Virus record (IMG/VR): IMGVR_UViG_3300006467_000454
Coordinates: 1-64,000 of that record
DNA: 64,000 nucleotides
DNA from: a virus
Lineage: Duplodnaviria; Caudoviricetes
Reading direction: 5' to 3' (one strand)
Positions 9,818 through 16,926 of this stretch are shown piece after piece; within the stretch, counting starts at the first letter, position 1; each line of letters begins with the position of its first letter. The position numbers were made by a program, and so were the translations under genes. Below the pieces are notes generated by a model. The model saw only the letters and a list, made by a program, of their open reading frames with translations. It was not told the DNA's origin and searched no databases.

Positions 9818-11407
9818 ATGTCGAAGTATAATCGAAAAAAAGAAATTGAAAAGGTGCCAACTCTACAAGGTGGAGTAGGGGTACAAATGTCGGACGAGCA
9901 CGCATTGGTTGGGTTGCTTTCTACAGGTTTGGAAGGTAAGTTCTATGAAATGGAAAAAACTCGTGAGGATCGCTTAAAAGACCTTATTCGTAAGGTGGCA
10001 AAGAAAGATAAATATCTTGTTGCGCAAATGATCGTTTATACCCGTACTGTATTCGGGCAACGTTCAATCACTCACCGTGCTGCTGTTGAATTAGCGAAAT
10101 ACCTCCCAGGAGAAGATTGGGGTAAATGGTTTTTCTCTAAGTGGAATAAGAAAGAAAATAAAGGTGGGGTAATCTTCCGTCTTGATGATATTTTAGAAAT
10201 TGCAGCCTGTTATAAGCATTTCAATAAGGATGCGAACCTTTCTAACGCAATCAAAAAAGGATTTGCAATGGCTATTGAGTCTGCTGACCCATACGAGATA
10301 GCTAAGTACCAAGGGAAAGGTAAGGATGTATCTTTGGTGGATATTGTTAATCTTGTTCACCCAAATCCATCTTCGAAGAACGCTGAAGCATTGAAACAGC
10401 TTATTGCAGGTAATTTGAAGCAGTTTAATACTGCCGAAGATAAGAACACCAAATCCGGACAAGAAGTTGCTAAGAAAGTTAAAGCAGGTAAAATCACCAA
10501 AGAGGAAGCGAAAGTTGAATTGAAGGAGAAAAAGTCTGAAAACTGGAAGGCACTTATCGGTGAAGGTACTATCGGATATTTATCATTGTTGCGTAATATC
10601 AAGAATATTATTAACACTGATGCAAGTTTGGTAGAATCAATGTGTGAATTGCTTGTTGATAAAAGGAAGGTTAAAGAGTCTTTAGTTTTCCCTCACCAAA
10701 TTGATTTGGCTTTATGTGAATTAGAAAGCCAAGGGTTTGATCAACAAACTATCAATAGGATCCAAAGCACGTTATCAACTGCTTATGAAATTTCAGTTGA
10801 AAACGTAAAAGAACTTGGTATGGATGCCCATACTGCGGTTGTGTATGATACTTCCGGATCAATGCAAGGTAAAGAAGGTGGCTATTGGGGATTCCCTAAT
10901 GCATCTATCAACGGGAAAGAATCTAATTATTCCCCATTGAATAAAGCTTCTTTAATTGCTGCCACTTTAGCAAAAGGGCTTGGGTGTGATGTTTATCAAT
11001 TTGCAACAACTTGTGAGAAGGTAATGTATCGTGCAATGGATTCAGTATTTTCTATAAAAGATAAGTTCAGGCAAATGCAAGGGAGAGTTGGCCATGGGAC
11101 AACATTTGGCTCAATTTTTGGTAAATTGGATAAACCTTACAACAGGATATTCATTATAACCGATGGGCAAGGTAACGATTCCATATTGAAGAACTCAACA
11201 TTCCAAAGCTATAAGCGTCAATTTGGTGTGAATCCATATATCTACTATGTTAATTTATGTGGATATGATAAATTAATGTTCAAGGAAAATGAAAGATTTT
11301 TCCATATTCCAGGATATTCAGCGAGTATTTATGAGCTTGCTTCTAAGTATGAGGTGGATCCTAAAGCATTGATAAAAGAAATTAGAAAAATTAGGATAAA
11401 GTACTAG
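9818..11407 (+). CDS. Ro60/Rsr-like TROVE domain RNA-binding protein
   Basis: TROVE-like features (FYE...RL..LI; R.DDILEI.A; KKG.A....A..Y..AKY; SLVD.VNLVHP; W..LI..G..GY..LLRN; FPHQI) and a C-terminal vWA (VYDTSGSM, IITDGQ). Confidence 0.9.
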   Translation: MSKYNRKKEIEKVPTLQGGVGVQMSDEHALVGLLSTGLEGKFYEMEKTREDRLKDLIRKVAKKDKYLVAQMIVYTRTVFGQRSITHRAAVELAKYLPGEDWGKWFFSKWNKKENKGGVIFRLDDILEIAACYKHFNKDANLSNAIKKGFAMAIESADPYEIAKYQGKGKDVSLVDIVNLVHPNPSSKNAEALKQLIAGNLKQFNTAEDKNTKSGQEVAKKVKAGKITKEEAKVELKEKKSENWKALIGEGTIGYLSLLRNIKNIINTDASLVESMCELLVDKRKVKESLVFPHQIDLALCELESQGFDQQTINRIQSTLSTAYEISVENVKELGMDAHTAVVYDTSGSMQGKEGGYWGFPNASINGKESNYSPLNKASLIAATLAKGLGCDVYQFATTCEKVMYRAMDSVFSIKDKFRQMQGRVGHGTTFGSIFGKLDKPYNRIFIITDGQGNDSILKNSTFQSYKRQFGVNPYIYYVNLCGYDKLMFKENERFFHIPGYSASIYELASKYEVDPKALIKEIRKIRIKY

Positions 11408-11440
11408 GTTTTTAAATAATATTTATTACCTTTACTGTAT

Positions 11441-11603
11441 GATTAGGTACTGAGGAATGCGGTTACTTCGTTTTATCTAGGTTCGAGTCCTAGTCTCCCC
11501 GCAAAAAGTTCAAGTAAAATTGGGGAGATGGTGAAATTGGTAGACACGCAAAAATTAGGGTTTTGTATTACAACAATAACACCGCTTCCAACTTCGTCCT
11601 ATC
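11441..11603 (+). ncRNA. Y-RNA-like RNA 1 containing a circularly permuted tRNA-Leu(TAG)-like module
   Basis: Closing stem GGAATGCGGT/ACCGCTTCC with GGTTACTTCG. Inside, in order: T arm, 3' acceptor strand, loop, 5' acceptor strand, D arm, anticodon arm. Begins about 34 nt after the Ro60 stop. Confidence 0.8.
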
Positions 11604-11680
11604 TTTGTTCTAAGATAGTTTTCATTTCTATAAGTTAATAATTATATTTGGAGGATCTCGGGGGCGGGAGACTCCTACTT

Positions 11681-11753
11681 GGTCCGTTCGACAAGCGGTT
11701 TAAGTCACCAGACTTTCGATCTGGAGTCATGGGTTCGAATCCCATACGGACTA
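11681..11753 (+). tRNA. tRNA-Glu(TTC)
   Basis: GGTCCGT/ACGGACT acceptor; CCAGA-CTTTCGA-TCTGG anticodon arm. Confidence 0.9.
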
Positions 11754-11755
11754 CT

Positions 11756-11872
11756 AAAAGGATGGTAAGGAAACAGGCTTACTTCGTAGCTCAAGTGGTA
11801 GAGCAATTTACTGTTAATAAATGTGTTAGGGTTCAAGTCCCTCTGTAGCCTATCCAATTTCCCTCCTTTTTT
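11756..11872 (+). ncRNA. Y-RNA-like RNA 2 containing D, anticodon (GTT) and T arms without an acceptor stem
   Basis: AAAAGGA..GG/CCCTCCTTTT and AGGCT/AGCCT stems; GGCTTACTTCG motif; ATTTA-CTGTTAA-TAAAT anticodon arm. Confidence 0.72.
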
Positions 11873-11944
11873 GAAAAGAAGCTTTTTGTTTTTTGATTAT
11901 ATTTTGGTTCATTCATCGGGGAGATAAAGTTCTCCTCGGTTTTT

Positions 11945-12021
11945 AGTCTCAGGGGCTGCTGGGTGTGGCCACCTCCCTGTCACGGAGGAAGATCAGATGG
12001 GTTCGAATCCCATTGGGACTG
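11945..12021 (+). tRNA. tRNA-Asp(GTC)
   Basis: AGTCTCA/TGGGACT acceptor; CCTCC-CTGTCAC-GGAGG anticodon arm. Confidence 0.88.
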
Positions 12022-12023
12022 CT

Positions 12024-12154
12024 AGGGGTAGTAACAGGAAAGGGTTACTTCGTATAATTAGCTCAATTGGTCGAGCATTTGTTTTAGGCACAAAGGGTTG
12101 CGGGTTCGATCCCCGTGTTATAAATAAAGATCACCCTCCTATTTTCCTCCCCTT
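12024..12154 (+). ncRNA. Y-RNA-like RNA 3 enclosing an in-order tRNA-like cloverleaf (anticodon TAG, short variable loop)
   Basis: AGGGG/CCCCT and AGGA.AGGGT/ACCCTCCT stems; GGGTTACTTCG motif; TTTGT-TTTAGGC-ACAAA anticodon arm; GCGGG-TTCGATC-CCCGT T arm. Confidence 0.72.
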
Positions 12155-12157
12155 TAT

Positions 12158-12230
12158 ATGGATGTGGCGTAGTTGGTAGCGCACCTGCTTTGGGAGCAGG
12201 GGGTCGTAGGTTCGAGTCCTACTATCCATA
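12158..12230 (+). tRNA. tRNA-Pro(TGG)
   Basis: ATGGATG/TATCCAT acceptor; CCTGC-TTTGGGA-GCAGG anticodon arm. Confidence 0.9.
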
Positions 12231-12236
12231 CAAATA

Positions 12237-12472
12237 AGTCCAATGGCAGAATTGGACAATTGCGCCTATCGGGTAGCAGTTGGGGTTGAGCCCATTGTTA
12301 GGGGTAGGTGGTAACAGGCGTAACATGGATGTGATGAAGCTTTGGGGTCGCTCCCTGATTCATTCGGAATTGAAAACCAGATTCATTGAAGTGGAAAGTA
12401 CTGTAATTAGGAAGCAGGGAGTACGTATTACCTGTGGAATATCCGTTGGGGGTTCGAGTCCCCCTTGGGCTT
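12237..12472 (+). ncRNA. about 235-nt tRNA-framed structured RNA of unknown family
   Basis: Acceptor AGTCCAA/TTGGGCT, D arm and perfect T arm, with about 180 nt of paired insert in place of the anticodon and variable arms. Confidence 0.7.
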
Positions 12473-12480
12473 ATTTACTT

Positions 12481-12555
12481 AGTCGTATGGTATAGCTGGT
12501 TTAATACACAAGAATTTGGCTCTTGAGATCCTAGGTTCGAATCCTAGTACGACTT
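12481..12555 (+). tRNA. tRNA-Gln(TTG)
   Basis: AGTCGTA/TACGACT acceptor; CAAGA-ATTTGGC-TCTTG anticodon arm. Confidence 0.88.
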
Positions 12556-12565
12556 CTAAATTTAT

Positions 12566-12680
12566 AGAGATATGGCAGCCTAAATACTAGTCGGGGTGGG
12601 TCAGGGTGCAACTTCATGATAGTAAGAGCTCTGGTGGTGTTTCTTGATTGATGCTGGGGGTTCGAGTCCCTCTTTCTCTA
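12566..12680 (+). ncRNA. tRNA-like RNA: acceptor stem + T arm + one long hairpin
   Basis: AGAGATA/TTTCTCT acceptor; GGGGG-TTCGAGT-CCCTC T arm; TAGTCGGGG/TTCTTGATTG and CAGGGT/GCTCTG stems; no D stem. Confidence 0.6.
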
Positions 12681-12682
12681 CT

Positions 12683-12756
12683 GTGTTGTTAGCTTATGTG
12701 GTAAAAGCGTCAGATTGTGGTTCTGAAGATTAGGGTTCGAGTCCCTGCAGCACCCA
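12683..12756 (+). tRNA. tRNA-His(GTG)
   Basis: GTGTTGT/GCAGCAC acceptor; TCAGA-TTGTGGT-TCTGA anticodon arm. Confidence 0.85.
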
Positions 12757-12773
12757 GTTTAAAATATATTTTT

Positions 12774-12847
12774 GGGTAGGTAGCTCAGATGGCTAGAGCA
12801 GTTGACTGTTAATCATCAGGTCGGGAGTTCGAATCTCCCCCTTCCCT
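12774..12847 (+). tRNA. tRNA-Asn(GTT)
   Basis: GGGTAGG/CCTTCCC acceptor; GTTGA-CTGTTAA-TCATC anticodon arm. Confidence 0.85.
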
Positions 12848-12909
12848 CAGTTAAAATTAGGGTGACTATGTTTTAGCCACCCTATACATGTTTAACCAAA
12901 TTAAAATGT

Positions 12910-14061
12910 ATGAAAACTTATGCAAAGATTATTTTGTTTATTGCAGCGTATTTTGTGTTTCTATTAAATCCAATGGATCTATTTGCCCCTCCTTCTAATT
13001 ATATTATCAGGGCGAATGGGGAATTCCTTTGGGAGAAAATGAAAATTGACAAATTAGAAAAAGAAAACGAGAAAGCAATTCATGCTTTAGGGATGTACGA
13101 ATCCCGAATGAACGCCAAAGCATATAATAGCATCGGGGCTATGGGCTGTTGGCAATTTATGCCGAATACAATTAAATATTTTGGATATAAAGGCATAACT
13201 CTCCAAAAATTCAAAAGGGATCCTGAAATCTTCCCTAAATCCCTCCAAGAGAAATTAATCAATTTAAAAATAAATGATGATATAAAACAACTGAAGAATC
13301 AATGGTGGAGACCTGATTCTAGAGATGTTGATTATATCGAAAAATATGTAGGAAAAGAATTCAAAGGTGTGAAAGTCACCCTATTTGGGATATTGGCTGC
13401 ATGCCATATTTCCGGATACGGTAACGTTGTCAAATTGTTTGATAACGGGTATAACCCAAAAGATATCAATGGACAAAGCCCTTTAAAGTATTTGAAGCGG
13501 TTTTCCAAGTATAAATTTACTGATCCAAAGGTTATAAACGCATCACTTGAAAAATTGGAATATGAAAGATCTATGAAATTAGCCAAACTTTTTGTTTTGC
13601 CAAAAAAAAATGATAATTTTATAGAAAATTGGTATTATTTGAAATTTCAAACAATGATTAGACAAGCCAAAAAGGATTTTGATATCCTAGTAGAAAAGAA
13701 TAATTTGGAAGTTTACACAAAAGAAGAAGCTGCCGAATTGTTGACGAAAAAATTCAAGGCGTTCCAAGACCTTGAGAAAAGTGAGGATGCTAAATCAGTT
13801 GATGCATTAAATGAATTCCGTGCGGAAGCATCTTGTTTCACGCATGTGCAAGTTATTTCTGAAAGGGATGACGCATTTGATAAATCTTTAGATTACAAGA
13901 ATGTTTACGTTCGCCCTCAAGTTTTTGTTAAAAAAGAAGAAGAAATAATCGAAAAATCAGAAAATGGGGAGGAAACCCCTAAAACTGTTGAGGTTGGGGT
14001 CTACACAGAATGCCCATTGAATGAAGCTTTGGGGAGAGTTGGACAAAAATTTGATCTGTAA
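12910..14061 (+). CDS. lysozyme-like/lytic transglycosylase domain in frame with a putative virion protein (likely internal start at 13654)
   Basis: Signal/TM N-terminus; ESRMNAKAYNSIGAMGCWQFM motif. The C-terminal 135 aa are acidic and rich in EKS motifs. Confidence 0.65.
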   Translation: MKTYAKIILFIAAYFVFLLNPMDLFAPPSNYIIRANGEFLWEKMKIDKLEKENEKAIHALGMYESRMNAKAYNSIGAMGCWQFMPNTIKYFGYKGITLQKFKRDPEIFPKSLQEKLINLKINDDIKQLKNQWWRPDSRDVDYIEKYVGKEFKGVKVTLFGILAACHISGYGNVVKLFDNGYNPKDINGQSPLKYLKRFSKYKFTDPKVINASLEKLEYERSMKLAKLFVLPKKNDNFIENWYYLKFQTMIRQAKKDFDILVEKNNLEVYTKEEAAELLTKKFKAFQDLEKSEDAKSVDALNEFRAEASCFTHVQVISERDDAFDKSLDYKNVYVRPQVFVKKEEEIIEKSENGEETPKTVEVGVYTECPLNEALGRVGQKFDL

Positions 14062-14066
14062 AAGAT

Positions 14067-15755
14067 ATGCCAGATTTCAAAGAAATTGATGATAAAATAC
14101 AAGAATTGTCAGTTCAGAAATTTTTAGAAATTGAAAAAGCATTAAAATCTGATAACCCAAAGGATATTATAACCGCAAGAAGATATCTTGAGAAATTGGA
14201 GAATAAACAGCCATCTCAAGGCATGAAGGCGTTTATGTTTGAGCCTTACGAGGCTTTCACAACAGGTACTGGGTTTAAGGATACCAAAAAACGAATGGGG
14301 TTTTCTGTACAAAAAAAGGTTGCAGAAGTCCCATATGTTTGGTTAATACATAAAACTCGTATTTTCCAAGTGCAAAATTTTCTAAAATTTACTACGGATG
14401 ATCAGTCTGAGGGGTACACGATACGTCGTAAACTCAGTAGATTTGAAGAGAGGGATAAGGAAGTTTCTGATGAGGATAAGGTGATAATTGAATATATCGC
14501 TGATTTCTTGGATAACAGCCGTAAGCCATCTAAGAATGATTCTAAGTTTGACCATGCTAAATGGGATGATTTTGATGATTTTGATGATTTTGTTAGGCTT
14601 ATCCTAAAAGACAGTTTAACTTATGATTTTCTTGGTTTTGAAAACCAAAGGTCAAATTCATTTGATTTATTGTCATACAAGGCAGTTGACGCATCCACAA
14701 TCAGATACTTAAATACTATTGACCCGAATTTCAGTTTGGGTGGGGAAAAGGATATCTTTGGTAGCCATGATAAACAATTTGGGTACTTTCCTAGATATTG
14801 CCAAGTCTGGAGTGGGCAAATCCAAAACAACCCTATCACCGAGGAACCGATTGTTTGGTATCCTTGGGAATTGAGCACGGCTATCCGGAATAAAACAACA
14901 GATATTGGGAAGAACTTCTATGGAGTTTCAGAAATTGAAATTGCTAGTCAATTGATAAGTTGGATTCTTTTTGGTATGGATTACAACGGTAACTTCTTTA
15001 AACAGGGTAGTAATGCAAAAGGTATCCTGAATTTTAAAGGGGACAATGTTGATCAAAATTCAATCAATCAATTCCGTAATTTCTGGAGAACAACAATTGC
15101 TGGTGTTGATAATTCCCATAAGATTCCTGTCATTGAAGGTTTAGATGTCGAATGGATTGACTTGCAAAAGTCGAATAAAGATATGGAATTTCAACCTTGG
15201 TTAGAATTCCTATTAATGATCTTCTGTTCAGTGTATTCTATTGACCCAAGTGAGCTTGGATTGAATTTCAAGAACTCAAACCAAATGTTTGGTGAAAGGG
15301 GTCAAAAAGAAAGGTTGGAACATTCAAGGGAAAAGGGGCTGAAACCTATTTTACTCTTTATCCAGAAGGTTATAAATAAATTCATCGTTAGTGAAATTCA
15401 TAGGGATTTTGAATTTGTATTTACAGGAATTGATCTTGAGGATGAAGAAGCTAAGATTAAAACGGATAAGCTAAAATTGGAAGCAGGGGTTGTTTCCCTA
15501 CAGGATATGTTCAAGAAATATTCACATCGTGAGTTAAATGAGGATGATGATATTATCGTGAATCAAATATTCTACCAATATAAGCAAATGATGCTAGGGG
15601 GAAGTCCGGAAAGTAACGCTGCTGTAGATGAAATGAATAAAGAAGCTGGCACGGATGAGCCTGAGAATGTTTTTGATGAATATGAAAAGGCTTCTGAACA
15701 AGATCCTATCATCAAAGAGACTTTATCTTATATTGATAATGCTTTTAAAGATTAA
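14067..15755 (+). CDS. portal protein
   Basis: YGVSEIE, NGNFFKQGSNAKGILN, KIPVI.G..VEWIDL..SNKDMEFQ.W, YSIDPSELG, GLKPIL.FI. Confidence 0.9.
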   Translation: MPDFKEIDDKIQELSVQKFLEIEKALKSDNPKDIITARRYLEKLENKQPSQGMKAFMFEPYEAFTTGTGFKDTKKRMGFSVQKKVAEVPYVWLIHKTRIFQVQNFLKFTTDDQSEGYTIRRKLSRFEERDKEVSDEDKVIIEYIADFLDNSRKPSKNDSKFDHAKWDDFDDFDDFVRLILKDSLTYDFLGFENQRSNSFDLLSYKAVDASTIRYLNTIDPNFSLGGEKDIFGSHDKQFGYFPRYCQVWSGQIQNNPITEEPIVWYPWELSTAIRNKTTDIGKNFYGVSEIEIASQLISWILFGMDYNGNFFKQGSNAKGILNFKGDNVDQNSINQFRNFWRTTIAGVDNSHKIPVIEGLDVEWIDLQKSNKDMEFQPWLEFLLMIFCSVYSIDPSELGLNFKNSNQMFGERGQKERLEHSREKGLKPILLFIQKVINKFIVSEIHRDFEFVFTGIDLEDEEAKIKTDKLKLEAGVVSLQDMFKKYSHRELNEDDDIIVNQIFYQYKQMMLGGSPESNAAVDEMNKEAGTDEPENVFDEYEKASEQDPIIKETLSYIDNAFKD

Positions 15756-15757
15756 AT

Positions 15758-15961
15758 ATGGCTGATTTTGTAAAAGTTGGGGGAGTCAAAATAAACAAGA
15801 GGGATTTAACCCCTTATAGAAGGGAAAGGAAAGTAAAGGATCCCCCACGTAATCCGAATGTCGTACTAGGGTACGAAAAGGAAATGAACAATATGTTTAA
15901 TCTCCAAATGAACAAGATGATTGTTGATTTGGCGAAGAAAATGGTAACATTGAAGAAATGA
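15758..15961 (+). CDS. hypothetical protein
   Basis: Tightly packed ORF between the portal and minor head genes. Confidence 0.55.
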   Translation: MADFVKVGGVKINKRDLTPYRRERKVKDPPRNPNVVLGYEKEMNNMFNLQMNKMIVDLAKKMVTLKK

Positions 15962-16887
15962 TTTTTACACCAGTCCAAATAGAAGAGATCTTAAAGATTA
16001 TTGAATACAATAATTCTTTCTTGATTGCCACAACTTTGGGTGTTGATGCTTTAACAAACGAGGATAGGGTTCTATTAGAATCTTTTGGTGTAGATCCGGA
16101 TTCTTTATATAATAAATTCCCACCAGCGGTGAGATCATTTTTTTGGGGGAGATTATCCGCTCAATTAACTGATTTACAAGCTGGCAAGATTACTTATAGT
16201 GACTTCACAAAATATTTGCAACAAGGGCAGTATATCCCTTTATCTCGTAATGAAAAGAATGAACTCCGTATTGCTAAGCAAAAAACTTATGGGCATATAA
16301 AAAATATAGGTCTGAAAACAAAAGAAACAGCACGGGGGATCATTGTAGAAGAAGACGAAAAAAGGAGACTTGAGTATGAAAAAGTCATCCGTGGGGAGAT
16401 AAAACGTGGTGTTGTAGATCGTAAATCCATACAGGGGATTATTAGCGGAATTGCAACTAAGCTTGAGGATTGGAAGAAAGACTGGGGAAGGCTAGTTGAA
16501 ACAGAAATGCAGGATATTTATAATCGGGGTAGGCTGAGAACGTTCTTAGAAGATTTTGGGGAAGATGCTTTGGTTTATAAAGAAACCTATGAAGGTGCTT
16601 GCAGACATTGTATAAAACTGCATTTAACAGCAGGAATTGGCAGCCAACCGATATTGTATAAGATTTCAGAGCTTATTGCTAATGGGACTAACATTGGTAG
16701 GAAGGTCAAGGAATGGAAAGCCACAGTCGGACCAGTTCATCCTTGGTGCCGTTGTGATTTAAAGCATGTACCGAAAGGCACAAAATGGAATCCTGAAACA
16801 GGGAGATTTGAATACCCTAAAGATGTGAAGCCTAAACGAAAAGCAAAAGTGAAGATTTTTGTTGGAGATAAGGAATTTGCAGCATAA
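15958..16887 (+). CDS. minor head protein (Phage_Mu_F/SPP1 gp7-like)
   Basis: RLVETEM, ACRHC, PVHPWCRC; follows the portal. Confidence 0.8.
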   Translation: MIFTPVQIEEILKIIEYNNSFLIATTLGVDALTNEDRVLLESFGVDPDSLYNKFPPAVRSFFWGRLSAQLTDLQAGKITYSDFTKYLQQGQYIPLSRNEKNELRIAKQKTYGHIKNIGLKTKETARGIIVEEDEKRRLEYEKVIRGEIKRGVVDRKSIQGIISGIATKLEDWKKDWGRLVETEMQDIYNRGRLRTFLEDFGEDALVYKETYEGACRHCIKLHLTAGIGSQPILYKISELIANGTNIGRKVKEWKATVGPVHPWCRCDLKHVPKGTKWNPETGRFEYPKDVKPKRKAKVKIFVGDKEFAA

Positions 16888-16926
16888 CCGTAATGTTAGA
16901 ATCGGATTGATTTAATACATTAACAA

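Noticed and set aside
11441-12154. CRISPR array from the repeated TTACTTCG motif
   Set aside because: The repeats are short, degenerate, irregularly spaced and paired with downstream complements. No cas genes are present.
12265-12446. Group I intron or hammerhead ribozyme in the tRNA-framed RNA
   Set aside because: I found no recognisable P7 core, no splice junction restoring an anticodon loop, and no exact CUGANGA...GAAA core. A covariance search is needed to exclude this fully.
9145-12495. ORF-track ORFs at 9145, 11648, 11997 and 12280
   Set aside because: They overlap tmRNA, tRNA or structured RNAs and have no protein features.
12566-12680. tRNA-Sec (CTTCA in loop) or tRNA-Met (TTCATGA)
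   Set aside because: Neither triplet sits in a proper 5-bp anticodon stem with a 7-nt loop, and there is no D stem or Sec-type acceptor.
14565-14591. GATGATTTT x3 tandem repeat in the portal gene
   Set aside because: It is an in-frame 9-nt microrepeat (DDF x3) with no sign of a separate function.
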